DNA from: an uncultured virus (IMG/VR IMGVR_UViG_3300029914_000017)
Lineage: Duplodnaviria; Heunggongvirae; Uroviricota; Caudoviricetes
Direction: 5' to 3' (one strand)
IMG/VR virus record: IMGVR_UViG_3300029914_000017
DNA: 20,000 nucleotides
The notes beneath the pieces are model-generated. The model searched no databases, was not told where the DNA came from, and worked only from the letters and a program-made list of their open reading frames with translations. The position numbers and the translations under genes are program-made. Of the stretch, positions 1 through 8,861 are shown in pieces (positions within the stretch are counted from its first letter, which is position 1; each line of letters begins with the position of its first letter).

Positions 1-149
1 CCACCCGCAAGGATAACAACTTGATCGTAATTTGGCCTTCCATTTCCAAACGTAATTAAATCTTCGGTTATAAATTGTTTTTCTTTTATTTCTTGAAGAC
101 CTGTTCTAACAAGTTTTTTAATGTTTTCTCTTAATTCTTCTCTTTTCAT
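1..149 (-). CDS. 5' part of a probable P-loop kinase/NTPase (runs off the window)
   Basis: Manual translation from ATG at 149: MKREELRENIKKLVRTGLQEIKEKQFITEDLITFGNGRPNYDQVVILAGG. It ends in a hydrophobic strand plus AGG, typical of the start of a Walker A loop. The loop itself is outside the window, so the function is inferred. Confidence 0.55.
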   Translation of the reverse strand, partial: MKREELRENIKKLVRTGLQEIKEKQFITEDLITFGNGRPNYDQVVILAG

Positions 150-170
150 AATATGATTTATTTTATGTTA

Positions 171-202
171 CAAATGTACGAAAAAAGACTCACAAAAGCA
201 AG
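171..202 (-). promoter_or_regulatory. Bacteroidota-type -33/-7 promoter
   Basis: Minus strand CTTG-N20-TACATTTG matches the TTTG-N19-21-TAnnTTTG consensus, about 20 nt upstream of the ATG at 149. Confidence 0.75.
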
Positions 203-208
203 TCCTTT
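181..208 (-). terminator. Intrinsic terminator overlapping the promoter -33 element
   Basis: Minus strand AAAGGACTTGC-TTTT-GTGAGTCTTTTTT hairpin with U-tract, just after the stop at 233. Confidence 0.6.
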
Positions 209-232
209 AACTAATATAAATAATTTATTAAT

Positions 233-586
233 TTATTTAAATATTGTCAATTTAAAAATTTCATAAATGATTTCGCTTGTTGTATATCCACTCCAATTAT
301 CAAATAGTAAATTTTCATCATTACACCCAATATAAATTTCTGGAGTACCTTTGTGAAATTTAATAAATAAATAATCTACACCGTCATAAATACCAAGAAA
401 TTCAAATTTACCTAAAATAGCGTTATTATTCCCAACGCTATATCCAGTCATATCAAATCTAAGATGCGGTGGGTTTTCGCTAATAATACTTTGTTTATAT
501 AAACTTGGAAATTTTAATGTTTCCCGTATAAATGTAAGTACTTCATTTTTACTTTTTGTTTTTAATTCTTCAACTGTATTATTCAT
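233..586 (-). CDS. hypothetical protein
   Basis: 117-aa ORF whose start overlaps the upstream stop (ATGA coupling). Confidence 0.75.
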   Translation of the reverse strand: MNNTVEELKTKSKNEVLTFIRETLKFPSLYKQSIISENPPHLRFDMTGYSVGNNNAILGKFEFLGIYDGVDYLFIKFHKGTPEIYIGCNDENLLFDNWSGYTTSEIIYEIFKLTIFK

Positions 587-930
587 AATTTATGTTCTTT
601 ATAATATTTATTAATTTGTTCTAAATGTTTAGGCCACATATCTACTAAAGATGCGTGATCAAGATAAATTTTTATTTTAATCGCTTGATAATTATATGTG
701 TCACCTAGTCTAACTCTAAATCTTTGTCTTCTATCAATTGAATTTACCGTATTTGAAAAACTTGGTCTTCTATCTGTACTATAAATGAATAAGAATTCTT
801 TATATCTTGAAATTCCAGTTTTTAGGTCATATAAGTTAACATATTCCAAGTCATGTTTATTCTCTTGAATCTTCTTTTTATAGTTTGATTCAAATATTTC
901 ACGATATTCAAGATATTTTTTCAGTTTCAT
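583..930 (-). CDS. hypothetical protein
   Basis: 115-aa ORF with 4-nt overlaps on both sides. Confidence 0.7.
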   Translation of the reverse strand: MKLKKYLEYREIFESNYKKKIQENKHDLEYVNLYDLKTGISRYKEFLFIYSTDRRPSFSNTVNSIDRRQRFRVRLGDTYNYQAIKIKIYLDHASLVDMWPKHLEQINKYYKEHKL

Positions 931-1628
931 ATTTCCATTGTTAGAAATGTTTCTTTATAGCCAAGACAATCAATAAAATAAATATCACCATAACCTTTTC
1001 GCTCATAGTGGTCTATACCTTTAACTCTATTATGCCCAACCACTTGTGTAAAGCCTTTCAATGGTTTAATAAGCTCACTTTTATCACACCAGAATATTCC
1101 GCCAACATCAGTCCAACCACCTCTAATTTTTCCTACTTGATATAAAGCATCTTCCTGTGTTTTATTTTTAGGGTTATTTAATTGTTCGGCTATGTTATTA
1201 TTTATATCACCTTTGAATTCATTGATAAACCAATTATGTTGAATTCCAGCATGAGTTGATATTACATTTTTATATTGGAATGCGTTTTGAAAAATATCCT
1301 TATTAAAAGAATATAAGTCGTGTAATTCCATTGCGATACTTTTACGAAAACGAGAACATTTAAATATTGGATCACCAAGATGAATGTATGAATTATCATG
1401 ATTTCCTATTAATAATGTTACTCTATCCATATTTTTACGTTTATAGTCAATAATATCTTGAAGATTTTCAATCATAAAATTATCTTCAACAATAGATCCT
1501 GGGTCATTATCAACAAGATCGCCCATAAACACCCAATGATCAATAGAATTATCACCTATGAATTTTCGCCACAGTCCACGCCCATGATCGTCGCCAATGA
1601 ATCCTATTTTAATTGTTCGGGTATTCAT
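927..1628 (-). CDS. calcineurin-like metallophosphoesterase
   Basis: Motifs GDDHG, GDLVD, GNHD, THAG and VGH in canonical order. Confidence 0.9.
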   Translation of the reverse strand: MNTRTIKIGFIGDDHGRGLWRKFIGDNSIDHWVFMGDLVDNDPGSIVEDNFMIENLQDIIDYKRKNMDRVTLLIGNHDNSYIHLGDPIFKCSRFRKSIAMELHDLYSFNKDIFQNAFQYKNVISTHAGIQHNWFINEFKGDINNNIAEQLNNPKNKTQEDALYQVGKIRGGWTDVGGIFWCDKSELIKPLKGFTQVVGHNRVKGIDHYERKGYGDIYFIDCLGYKETFLTMEI

Positions 1629-1806
1629 AAATAACGCTATAACCTAAATCCTTAGCTATTTTTCTAACTCTCTCTAAATATCCTTCCATATAATCAACAG
1701 GTAAACAGGGAGGATTAATTACCAATCCCAATTCGATTGGCTTAACACCTTCAGATAACACTGAGTCAATAAAAGGTATATCAGTTTTAATTTCGTTATC
1801 ACTCAT
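1609..1806 (-). CDS. hypothetical protein
   Basis: 65-aa ORF in a tightly packed operon. Confidence 0.6.
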   Translation of the reverse strand: MSDNEIKTDIPFIDSVLSEGVKPIELGLVINPPCLPVDYMEGYLERVRKIAKDLGYSVIYEYPNN

Positions 1807-1807
1807 A

Positions 1808-1990
1808 CTATAATTTTTTCAATTCATTTAATTTAAGTATCGCATCCATTATTTTTACATCAAATTCTGCTGAATAACAATCAGAACCCCAAGTGTCTGG
1901 ATGGATAACCGTTAACAAAGATTTATATGCTTCATTAATGTGAGTTCTGGCATCTTTCAATGCTTCGTCTGCTGCTGTAGTTACACTCAT
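1808..1990 (-). CDS. hypothetical protein
   Basis: 60-aa ORF, 1-5 nt from its neighbours. Confidence 0.7.
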   Translation of the reverse strand: MSVTTAADEALKDARTHINEAYKSLLTVIHPDTWGSDCYSAEFDVKIMDAILKLNELKKL

Positions 1991-1995
1991 GATAT

Positions 1996-2178
1996 TTAGA
2001 TTTTTCTTTTCATTGATACTGTAAAATTGTAAATTCTATTATTTTGCCCGCTTGAAAAACCGCCAGCATCTACACATTGTAAACTAAAAAGCTCCCAGCC
2101 ATCTTTCCCATACACATCCAATTTAACATCAATAGTTTCTTTGGATGATAAAATATCAATTGTTTTATATTCCCACAT
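1996..2178 (-). CDS. DUF4177-like small protein
   Basis: MWEYKT...LDVYGKDGWELFS...MKR pattern resembles DUF4177. Confidence 0.7.
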   Translation of the reverse strand: MWEYKTIDILSSKETIDVKLDVYGKDGWELFSLQCVDAGGFSSGQNNRIYNFTVSMKRKI

Positions 2179-2187
2179 ATAGTTTTA

Positions 2188-2343
2188 TTATAAATCAATT
2201 ATATCATCTGTAATTTCAATCCATTCATCAATATCGCCAGTTACCAACCAAAAAATTAACGGTATAATAAGAGTCAAAGTAGCGGCAAACCAAATTATTA
2301 AAAGAGGTAGGTGAATAAATAGTCTTTTTAAAAAGTTTATCAT
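2188..2343 (-). CDS. small membrane protein (51 aa, not in ORF track)
   Basis: Manual translation MINFLKRLFIHLPLLIIWFAATLTLIIPLIFWLVTGDIDEWIEITDDIIDL: long hydrophobic stretch and acidic tail. First ORF after a promoter. Confidence 0.7.
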   Translation of the reverse strand: MINFLKRLFIHLPLLIIWFAATLTLIIPLIFWLVTGDIDEWIEITDDIIDL

Positions 2344-2366
2344 ATTTTTTATTTTTAATTATGAAA

Positions 2367-2398
2367 CAAAGATAGTTTATTTTATTGAATCAAGCAAA
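2367..2398 (-). promoter_or_regulatory. Bacteroidota-type -33/-7 promoter
   Basis: Minus strand TTTG-N20-TATCTTTG, an exact consensus match. Confidence 0.8.
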
Positions 2399-2412
2399 TC
2401 AATTAACATATT

Positions 2413-2790
2413 TTAATCAGTCCATCGTTGATTGCATTTTCTGCATTTCATATGTCTTAAAACGAATGAGAAAAGATTTTTTGATCCACAGAATGGGCAA
2501 GTATCATTTATGTTAAGTATTTCTTTCTTATATAATTCAACTAAATCTGAAATATGATATTCAGAATCGGTAGACAATCTAAAGCCAACTTGTTTTTCAA
2601 GCCAGCGAGCAAAATCACCCATTTGAACATCACTATTAAGCTGCTCGTTTTTAATAGGTAATTTAACCTCATTTTTAGTGAAAAAGCGTTTTAATGGAAA
2701 TATTTCAAAACTACATTCATCTATTGATATTTTTATTCCATACCAACTGATTATTAATACAAATATTATAAATGCTATTAGTTCTATCAT
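2413..2790 (-). CDS. membrane-anchored protein with C-terminal Zn ribbon
   Basis: N-terminal hydrophobic helix; C-terminal CPFC...CRKC. Confidence 0.7.
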   Translation of the reverse strand: MIELIAFIIFVLIISWYGIKISIDECSFEIFPLKRFFTKNEVKLPIKNEQLNSDVQMGDFARWLEKQVGFRLSTDSEYHISDLVELYKKEILNINDTCPFCGSKNLFSFVLRHMKCRKCNQRWTD

Positions 2791-3254
2791 TTTACTTTTT
2801 GTTTAATTCTTCCACTTACCATATGAGAACAAATATCGTTCATCCACTTATTTCTTATTGCGGCACTGTATGCATTTATATCATTCTTTTCGAATTCTCT
2901 TCTTGTATTATATTTTAAAGAAATACCATTACATTTTTCTTTTGTCCAGTTTTCGTGAACATTCTTCATATGTGAGCATATTTCATCAATCCAGCCACAT
3001 TTAAACGCTTTTTGAAACTCCCCAGAATATTTAATTCTAAATTCATTTCTTGTAGTACATTTTAAAGCCATTTTCTTGCATTCATCTTTCGTCCAAATAT
3101 GATGTATTTCAGTCATGTGAGTAGATATTTCGCCCAACCATTTATTATATGCTGAGGCCATATATGCATTTTTAAATCTATCATTGAATTCAGTTTTAGT
3201 ATTGCATTTTAAAGCTAAAAATTGACACTTTTCTTTTGTCCATCTTGTATTCAT
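2787..3254 (-). CDS. tandem-repeat protein (3 x 49 aa), putative DNA-binding
   Basis: Three copies of WTKxxCxxxxLKxxTxxEF...W...I(C/S)xHM; no nuclease motif seen. Confidence 0.75.
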   Translation of the reverse strand: MNTRWTKEKCQFLALKCNTKTEFNDRFKNAYMASAYNKWLGEISTHMTEIHHIWTKDECKKMALKCTTRNEFRIKYSGEFQKAFKCGWIDEICSHMKNVHENWTKEKCNGISLKYNTRREFEKNDINAYSAAIRNKWMNDICSHMVSGRIKQKVK

Positions 3255-3263
3255 AACATTATT

Positions 3264-3485
3264 TTACTTTACTTGTTGTTTAATTCCACTTATAATAATA
3301 TCTCTTGTTTCCTTAGTACAACCGCCAAATAAATTTGACATAATTCGAGCAGTTTCTTCAATTGCATCACTTTGAATATCATGTAGTATATTTTCCAAAT
3401 CAAATATTAGAATATTCATACTTGCTTTTGGGTCGTAGAAACACAAATCAAATTTAGTAATAATTTCTTTTTTTACATTTTTCAT
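3264..3485 (-). CDS. hypothetical protein
   Basis: ORF track gives 3500, but the ATG at 3485 (MKNVKK) overlaps the upstream TGA and is the likelier start. Confidence 0.6.
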   Translation of the reverse strand: MKNVKKEIITKFDLCFYDPKASMNILIFDLENILHDIQSDAIEETARIMSNLFGGCTKETRDIIISGIKQQVK

Positions 3486-4195
3486 TTTTCTAAAGTACAA
3501 TAATATGGTTTATAAACTGGTTGATAATTTTCGTCTTTTAAAGAAACATTTACACATTGACCACCGTTAAAACTCTCAAATGAGTGTCTTCCTGAATGTA
3601 AGTGCCCACAAAATAACCAACCATATTTTATTTTTTCCAAACGTTTTCTAAGTGGGATATTACCCTTATGTTGGGTAGGGTCATTATTCCATCTTGTACT
3701 TTCTAAGACGCAATCAACTTCACCAACGCCATAAGGTGGATCGTGTGAAATAATTATATCAACTTCATCGGGTATGCCCTTAAATTTTTCTTCCATATAA
3801 TTATCTGATACCATAAATGGCCAGTTTCCAAAGATATGACAATAAGGAGTTCCAAAAATTTTAAATTCATCTCCATCGTGTCTATGAACAACATAATTAT
3901 TTTCTAAATAAACTAATTTAAAATCACATTGCTGTTTAAATGTGGCTAATTGTATTTGGTTAATTCCTTGGAAGTATGCATCATGATTACCTGCTACAAG
4001 GTATACTTTATCAACAGGTAATGATTTAATCCAATAAGCAAATTCAATTTCGAGCCAAATTTTCATCTTTGGTTTATCAAATTGAATATTTAAAGGTGAA
4101 ATATCTCCAGCAATTATCATTATATTTGCTTCTTGCGATATTTCGGGTAAGTATCCGTGAAGATCAGAGATGGCAACTATTTTCAATTTACTCAT
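3482..4195 (-). CDS. calcineurin-like metallophosphoesterase
   Basis: Motifs SDLHG, AGD, GNHD, SHDPP and GHLH. Confidence 0.9.
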   Translation of the reverse strand: MSKLKIVAISDLHGYLPEISQEANIMIIAGDISPLNIQFDKPKMKIWLEIEFAYWIKSLPVDKVYLVAGNHDAYFQGINQIQLATFKQQCDFKLVYLENNYVVHRHDGDEFKIFGTPYCHIFGNWPFMVSDNYMEEKFKGIPDEVDIIISHDPPYGVGEVDCVLESTRWNNDPTQHKGNIPLRKRLEKIKYGWLFCGHLHSGRHSFESFNGGQCVNVSLKDENYQPVYKPYYCTLEK

Positions 4196-5230
4196 TTATT
4201 CAAAATTATTTATTTTATTAAGTAACCAATCTCTACCCTTTTTAGATATAGCACCAGTAACAGCTTTTGGTTCTAAATTATTTTTAATTAAAACATCCAT
4301 TTCTTCTTTAATAATATCACCAGCTAGCCATTGAAGAAAGCATCCCATCCGAGTTATGTCCAAGATACCATTACAACCGAAAGTTTGCTCAAGTCCTTGA
4401 TTAAGTCTATTTTCAGTAACAGAATATTCAACAAATTCGCGAATTGAATTTACGCGTTCAACGTCAATTGTAACCAATTCTTTAGTTTTTGATATTTTAC
4501 TTTTTTCAGCCTTTACTTTAAACCTGTATTTGTTACCATCCTCATCATAGAAAACAAACACCTCCCCTTCTCCCCTACCTTCAACGCCCATAGCTTCTCC
4601 AAATGGGCATTTAATACCAACATTAGTAGTTATATTGGTTAGTCTATCCATAGTCTCTTGTGGCTCATTAAAATCAATTTCAACCTCAAACGTTTGGAAA
4701 TCGTAAATGTTATAAATATTATTTTCAGGTGAACGTAATGTTTTAATCTCATCTATTGAAGCATATTTGTTATCACCTTTCGAGTTATCATCATACGAAC
4801 GTTTAATATCGAATATAACAAACATTCGTGGAAGCTGACAAACAGCCATTCCTTTTTGTATTCCTTTTCCAGCTACTTCTCCAAATATGGTTATATAGTC
4901 ATAACCATTAAAATCTATTTTACTCAACAATTCTTTGAATATTTCCTTTTTTGACTCAAGTATGAATGCAAAATTATAATTATCCTCTTCCAAGGTTAAT
5001 ATTCTATCATGCGATTGTGCCCAGATTTCACCTTCTTTATTCATAGTAATTCCACCGTTGCTACCATCAATTTTTACAGTGCCAAGAACTTTTACGGTAG
5101 GAAGTGGAATTGTTGTATCGTAAATACACTCACCATTTTCATCTTTACCGATGTATTGTGCTCTATGCTTAATCGTTGCATATATTTCCCTAAATTGTCC
5201 TATATCCGAGAATTTACAAAATTTTTTCAT
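4196..5230 (-). CDS. ATP-dependent RNA ligase (Rnl2-like)
   Basis: Nucleotidyltransferase motifs I KIDGSN, III FGEVAG, IIIa FVIFDI, IV GEGEVF, V RFKVK, plus a helical C-terminal domain. No OB or BRCT domain evident. Confidence 0.85.
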   Translation of the reverse strand: MKKFCKFSDIGQFREIYATIKHRAQYIGKDENGECIYDTTIPLPTVKVLGTVKIDGSNGGITMNKEGEIWAQSHDRILTLEEDNYNFAFILESKKEIFKELLSKIDFNGYDYITIFGEVAGKGIQKGMAVCQLPRMFVIFDIKRSYDDNSKGDNKYASIDEIKTLRSPENNIYNIYDFQTFEVEIDFNEPQETMDRLTNITTNVGIKCPFGEAMGVEGRGEGEVFVFYDEDGNKYRFKVKAEKSKISKTKELVTIDVERVNSIREFVEYSVTENRLNQGLEQTFGCNGILDITRMGCFLQWLAGDIIKEEMDVLIKNNLEPKAVTGAISKKGRDWLLNKINNFE

Positions 5231-5521
5231 TTATCTTAATTTTTCGATGTAATTATTTATTCTTAATTTTAAATCGTTATTTTCATAATATAAATTCTGA
5301 TTTCTTTCTTTTAATCTTTTATTTTCGTGTTCCAAACCTTTTAGTTGTTCATTTTTACGTTTATCAACATCTGTAGGTGATTTTTTTTCTTTATTTTTGA
5401 TTAGCTCATTTTTAAGCTCCATAATATAAGAATTTGCTTTTCCAAGTTCGATTCTTAATTCTTTGATAATCACCAAATCTGGCACTTTTAATAAATCAGG
5501 ATAGTTTTCCGCATCTTTCAT
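5231..5521 (-). CDS. coiled-coil hypothetical protein
   Basis: 96-aa ORF with heptad-like L/E/K pattern. Confidence 0.7.
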   Translation of the reverse strand: MKDAENYPDLLKVPDLVIIKELRIELGKANSYIMELKNELIKNKEKKSPTDVDKRKNEQLKGLEHENKRLKERNQNLYYENNDLKLRINNYIEKLR

Positions 5522-5526
5522 ATATT

Positions 5527-5706
5527 TTAATAATATAAATTATTTAAAGCAATTTCGATTAAATATTTCCAGAATTCGGTTGGTACTCCATCAAACGATA
5601 ATGTTCGTTCTAATATATCAATATCTTCACAAGAATCAAGTTGAACCATCAGCTTATTAACCGTGCTTTGATATGCATTTTCCAAATCAGTATAATTAAT
5701 ACCCAT
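5527..5706 (-). CDS. hypothetical protein (59 aa, not in ORF track)
   Basis: Manual translation MGINYTDLENAYQSTVNKLMVQLDSCEDIDILERTLSFDGVPTEFWKYLIEIALNNLYY; fills the gap with 5-nt spacers each side. Confidence 0.65.
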   Translation of the reverse strand: MGINYTDLENAYQSTVNKLMVQLDSCEDIDILERTLSFDGVPTEFWKYLIEIALNNLYY

Positions 5707-5711
5707 AACCG

Positions 5712-6272
5712 CTAAATATAAATTATGTTTTCATTTTCATCATGATTTATATCGCTAATCAGCCCTTCTAAAAAGAAATCACGTTCGATACGGCAATTGT
5801 AAAAATCAGACCAATTTTTTGGTAATAACAGTTTTTGACATTTTGAAAGTGCTTCCAAACCGACTATTATTTCATATTTCGAATCAACGCCTTTTGTTAA
5901 ATTTGAATCTTTAAGTGAAACAGGCTCAAAACCAAGTTCTTTAATATATCCTTCCATTTGCGTGTATTCATCAAAGAAACAACTTGAAATCCAACATTTT
6001 ACTGGTCTATAACCTTTTATCCAAGATCTATAACTAACAGTGCTTTCTTTTTCAACGGCAAAATCATACCATTCAAATAAAGTTTTTTCTTCAATATTTT
6101 GATCAATATCAATTTTTATATCACTGAAATTAAAATAATAATCTCCAATTAAGACAATTCCACCTATTTCGCCGCCTACCCAAAATTCAATTTCTGGAAG
6201 ATCATGTTTTGTAATAAATAAATCGGTATAATTTTTAACCGCTTTTTCATAAGATTTTGTTAAAGTTTTCAT
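5712..6272 (-). CDS. hypothetical protein; C-terminal half possibly flavodoxin/DUF4406-like
   Basis: 186-aa ORF. C-terminal ELGFEPV...LSKCQKLLLPKNWSDFYNCRIER loosely recalls DUF4406-type domains (weak). Confidence 0.6.
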   Translation of the reverse strand: MKTLTKSYEKAVKNYTDLFITKHDLPEIEFWVGGEIGGIVLIGDYYFNFSDIKIDIDQNIEEKTLFEWYDFAVEKESTVSYRSWIKGYRPVKCWISSCFFDEYTQMEGYIKELGFEPVSLKDSNLTKGVDSKYEIIVGLEALSKCQKLLLPKNWSDFYNCRIERDFFLEGLISDINHDENENIIYI

Positions 6273-6482
6273 TTAAATAGTTTTAATAGTTATCTCATCT
6301 TCATCATTAACATAATAGCAATCAGGGCAATAATCCTTACCATCAAGCGTTATCCATTCTGATTCGGATGCATCCTCAAGCGCAATGGCTCTTTCTCCCC
6401 AACATGAATATTCTGAATTTTGACCACTTAATTTGTGGCAGTTATCACATTCAACTGTGAACATTTGTACTTCTATAATCAT
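6273..6482 (-). CDS. small Zn-finger protein
   Basis: CDNC ... W...DYCPDC. Confidence 0.75.
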   Translation of the reverse strand: MIIEVQMFTVECDNCHKLSGQNSEYSCWGERAIALEDASESEWITLDGKDYCPDCYYVNDEDEITIKTI

Positions 6483-6483
6483 A

Positions 6484-6744
6484 TTATTCTAAATTATTTT
6501 GATTAGTAAATTCAATTAAATCATCTTTAAGCCCGTTTAAATATTTACTTGATGTGAGTCCAGCATATTTAACACTTGATTCATAAGAGCTATTATATTC
6601 CGCCACTGATTTTAAATTTCTAATCAGGCATTCAGTAACATAGATTAGTTCTTCCAGATTAATAAGTCTTTTTGAATCTTCGTTTGATTCCCCTATTGGT
6701 TCTACACGACCAATAAGTTTTTTAACAACATCATAGTTTGTCAT
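6484..6744 (-). CDS. hypothetical protein
   Basis: 86-aa ORF in operon. Confidence 0.75.
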   Translation of the reverse strand: MTNYDVVKKLIGRVEPIGESNEDSKRLINLEELIYVTECLIRNLKSVAEYNSSYESSVKYAGLTSSKYLNGLKDDLIEFTNQNNLE

Positions 6745-6873
6745 AATTGTTCGCGAAATTTAATTGGATCTTTTCTATATTCTCTTAGCGATTTGGATAG
6801 TAATTTTAAGTAGCCTTCTGGATCACCACCAATATATCCATCACAAATTCCTATTCCGATACGAAATGTGTTG
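6741..6873 (-). pseudogene. 3' fragment of the gene interrupted by the IS607-like element
   Basis: Start-less open frame NTFRIGIGICDGYIGGDPEGYLKLLSKSLREYRKDPIKFREQL* whose TGA overlaps the ATG at 6744. In frame with 8872-9050 once the element is removed. Confidence 0.7.
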
Positions 6874-7010
6874 AAATATGTTGCATATCATGCAACGGAT
6901 TTCGCTATTTCTTCTAGGTTCATCTTGCCACTACTTTTTAGTACCTCGTTTCCGAGTCTGTCATCCATAGTTGGGCAATCCCCAAGCGTTAATTCGGGTG
7001 TTCGGCACCC
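6874..7010 (-). ncRNA. putative TnpB omega/reRNA scaffold overlapping the tnpB 3' end
   Basis: Nested stems TTGCC/GGCAA and ACTAT/GTAGT, a CTCG-GAAA-CGAG tetraloop hairpin (6945-6956) and a terminal GTTGCAT-GAT-ATGCAAC hairpin (6880-6896). Position matches known TnpB guide scaffolds; the 5' limit is approximate. Confidence 0.6.
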
Positions 7011-8204
7011 TATCAATCTTAATCCCTCTTCTCTGATATTTATGGCCGCATTTACATCCCTGTTGTGGCTTGAACCACACTCTGGACAAATCCACTCCCT
7101 ATCTTTAAGAGTTAAATCCTTTTTTATATATCCACAAACTGAACAGGTCTTTGACGATGGAAACCATCGACTGATCTCTATTATTTCCCTTCCGTACCAC
7201 TGAGCTTTGTAATTTAACATTACTTTAAATTCTCCCCAGTTTACGTCCTGAATCGCTCCCGCGAGCTTGTGGTTTTTCATCATCCCTTTAACATTTAAAT
7301 CTTCCATTACTATCACTTGATTGTCGCTTAATAATGAATTTGTTGCAAGATGAAGATAATTTTTCTTAATATCTGATATTCTCTTACTTAATTTTGCTAT
7401 TTTTATTCTATTCTTCTCATGATTATGAGATGGCCTCTTTGTCTTGACATCTTTTTTCCATTTCTTATTATAATGAACTTCTCCTGTTTCTACTAATTTT
7501 TTCTTAGCTAATTGCCTTTGCAATCTCTTTAATTGTTTCGAGTATTTCTTTCTTAATTTTAGATTTTCAAAAATCTCAGCTTCTGAGGTAATGACGAAGT
7601 CTTTAATCCCTAAGTCGATACCTACCGTATTCCTGTTTTTGGAAAGTACTTTATTTTCCTGAGAATCAATTAATACTTTGGCGAAGTATTCGCCATTCTT
7701 TAATTTCTTAATAGTTACACGAATAATACAATCCTTGTATTTTTCTAAATAAGCTTTATATTCTTTAGAAGTTTTATATTTAATAAACCCGAATTTCTTC
7801 GAAACAAACATAAAATTTTCTTTATAAAAAATCTTTTTAGAAAAGGCTTCGTTGTAAAGTCCGATACTTTGCTCATCTGATCTTTTCTTGAAATTAGGAA
7901 AGCCAGTGTCTTTCTGTGCTTTCTTAAAGAAATTAGAATAGGCTGTACCTAAATTCTTTAGGGAGTCTTTTAATATCTTAGTATTGTGTTCGGTTAGATA
8001 TTTAAATTCTTCTGATTTTAATAGGTCTTGGTGAAGATAGTGTCCGAAGTCCACTAAGGAACAGAAGTTGTTTCCTTGTTCGTGTTCGGTTATTGCCTTA
8101 TCTAAACAAAGATTATAGACCTTTCTATAGCAGCCGAAGATTTTACCGAGGTAAATCCTTTGTTCACTATTTGGATATAATTTAATGTTTAGAGATTTGA
8201 GCAT
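6888..8204 (-). CDS. tnpB: RNA-guided endonuclease TnpB
   Basis: N-terminal KLYPN...FGCYRKVYN, RuvC-I GIDLGIK, RuvC-II MEDLNV, Zn finger CSVC/CPEC, RuvC-III RDVNAA. Catalytic D-E-D intact. Confidence 0.95.
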   Translation of the reverse strand: MLKSLNIKLYPNSEQRIYLGKIFGCYRKVYNLCLDKAITEHEQGNNFCSLVDFGHYLHQDLLKSEEFKYLTEHNTKILKDSLKNLGTAYSNFFKKAQKDTGFPNFKKRSDEQSIGLYNEAFSKKIFYKENFMFVSKKFGFIKYKTSKEYKAYLEKYKDCIIRVTIKKLKNGEYFAKVLIDSQENKVLSKNRNTVGIDLGIKDFVITSEAEIFENLKLRKKYSKQLKRLQRQLAKKKLVETGEVHYNKKWKKDVKTKRPSHNHEKNRIKIAKLSKRISDIKKNYLHLATNSLLSDNQVIVMEDLNVKGMMKNHKLAGAIQDVNWGEFKVMLNYKAQWYGREIIEISRWFPSSKTCSVCGYIKKDLTLKDREWICPECGSSHNRDVNAAINIREEGLRLIGCRTPELTLGDCPTMDDRLGNEVLKSSGKMNLEEIAKSVA

Positions 8205-8782
8205 TAACCTTCTTTTTCTATTTCTTTTATTATTTTTTCGACTTGATTTTTCGTTCTTCTTCGAGAATAGATTCTCGCGCAGAATGAGGTTATGATAGAA
8301 ATAAAGTCTTGCATCAAATCTTCTCCGTTATCTTGAACTTCGTTCATAATGAGTATTTCACAATCTTTAAATTTAGACAATGTTTTAATGTAGTTAAACC
8401 CGAAGTGGGTTAGCCTATCTTTATTTTCCACTATTATTAAAGTGACTTTATCATCTTCCATTAATTCTTGGAGTTTAGGCCTCTGGTCGTTCAGTCCAGA
8501 AGCCACTTCTTTCACTATTTTATGAATTTGAATTCCTCTTGAATTAGCGAATTGAACAATCCTATCTGCTTGTGTTTCAAGGTCTTTTCTTTGATCCGAA
8601 GTAGATACCCTTGCATAAACGGTATTATATTCAGGTTTTTGTTTTTTAATTAATTCAATTTCAATAGCTCCAGTATCAGTCATTTTAGCATTTGGTATTT
8701 TACCAGCATGGAATCTATTCCATGCAGTTCTATAGCACACTCCGTGTTCTTTTGCGTATTGTGAGAGTTTTATTTTAGGCAT
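8204..8782 (-). CDS. tnpA: IS607-family serine transposase
   Basis: N-terminal MerR-like HTH, YARVST catalytic serine motif, VASGLNDQRP, DRLTHFG, C-terminal SFCARIY. Confidence 0.92.
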   Translation of the reverse strand: MPKIKLSQYAKEHGVCYRTAWNRFHAGKIPNAKMTDTGAIEIELIKKQKPEYNTVYARVSTSDQRKDLETQADRIVQFANSRGIQIHKIVKEVASGLNDQRPKLQELMEDDKVTLIIVENKDRLTHFGFNYIKTLSKFKDCEILIMNEVQDNGEDLMQDFISIITSFCARIYSRRRTKNQVEKIIKEIEKEG

Positions 8783-8793
8783 TAATTTTTTAT

Positions 8794-8806
8794 TTTAATA
8801 TAAATA
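8794..8806 (-). promoter_or_regulatory. TATTTATATTAAA upstream motif (putative phage-specific promoter)
   Basis: Identical 13-mer 11-17 nt upstream of three start codons (8782, 9938, 13119). Confidence 0.45.
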
Positions 8807-8861
8807 GTTCAAAAAATATTTTTTTATAGAAAAAAATTAAATTATTTTCAATAATTTTATA

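Noticed and set aside
6741..6890. TGA readthrough or alternative genetic code extending TnpB
   Set aside because: The in-frame tail is better explained as the interrupted gene. TGA and TAG act as normal stops elsewhere and long genes are intact in code 11.
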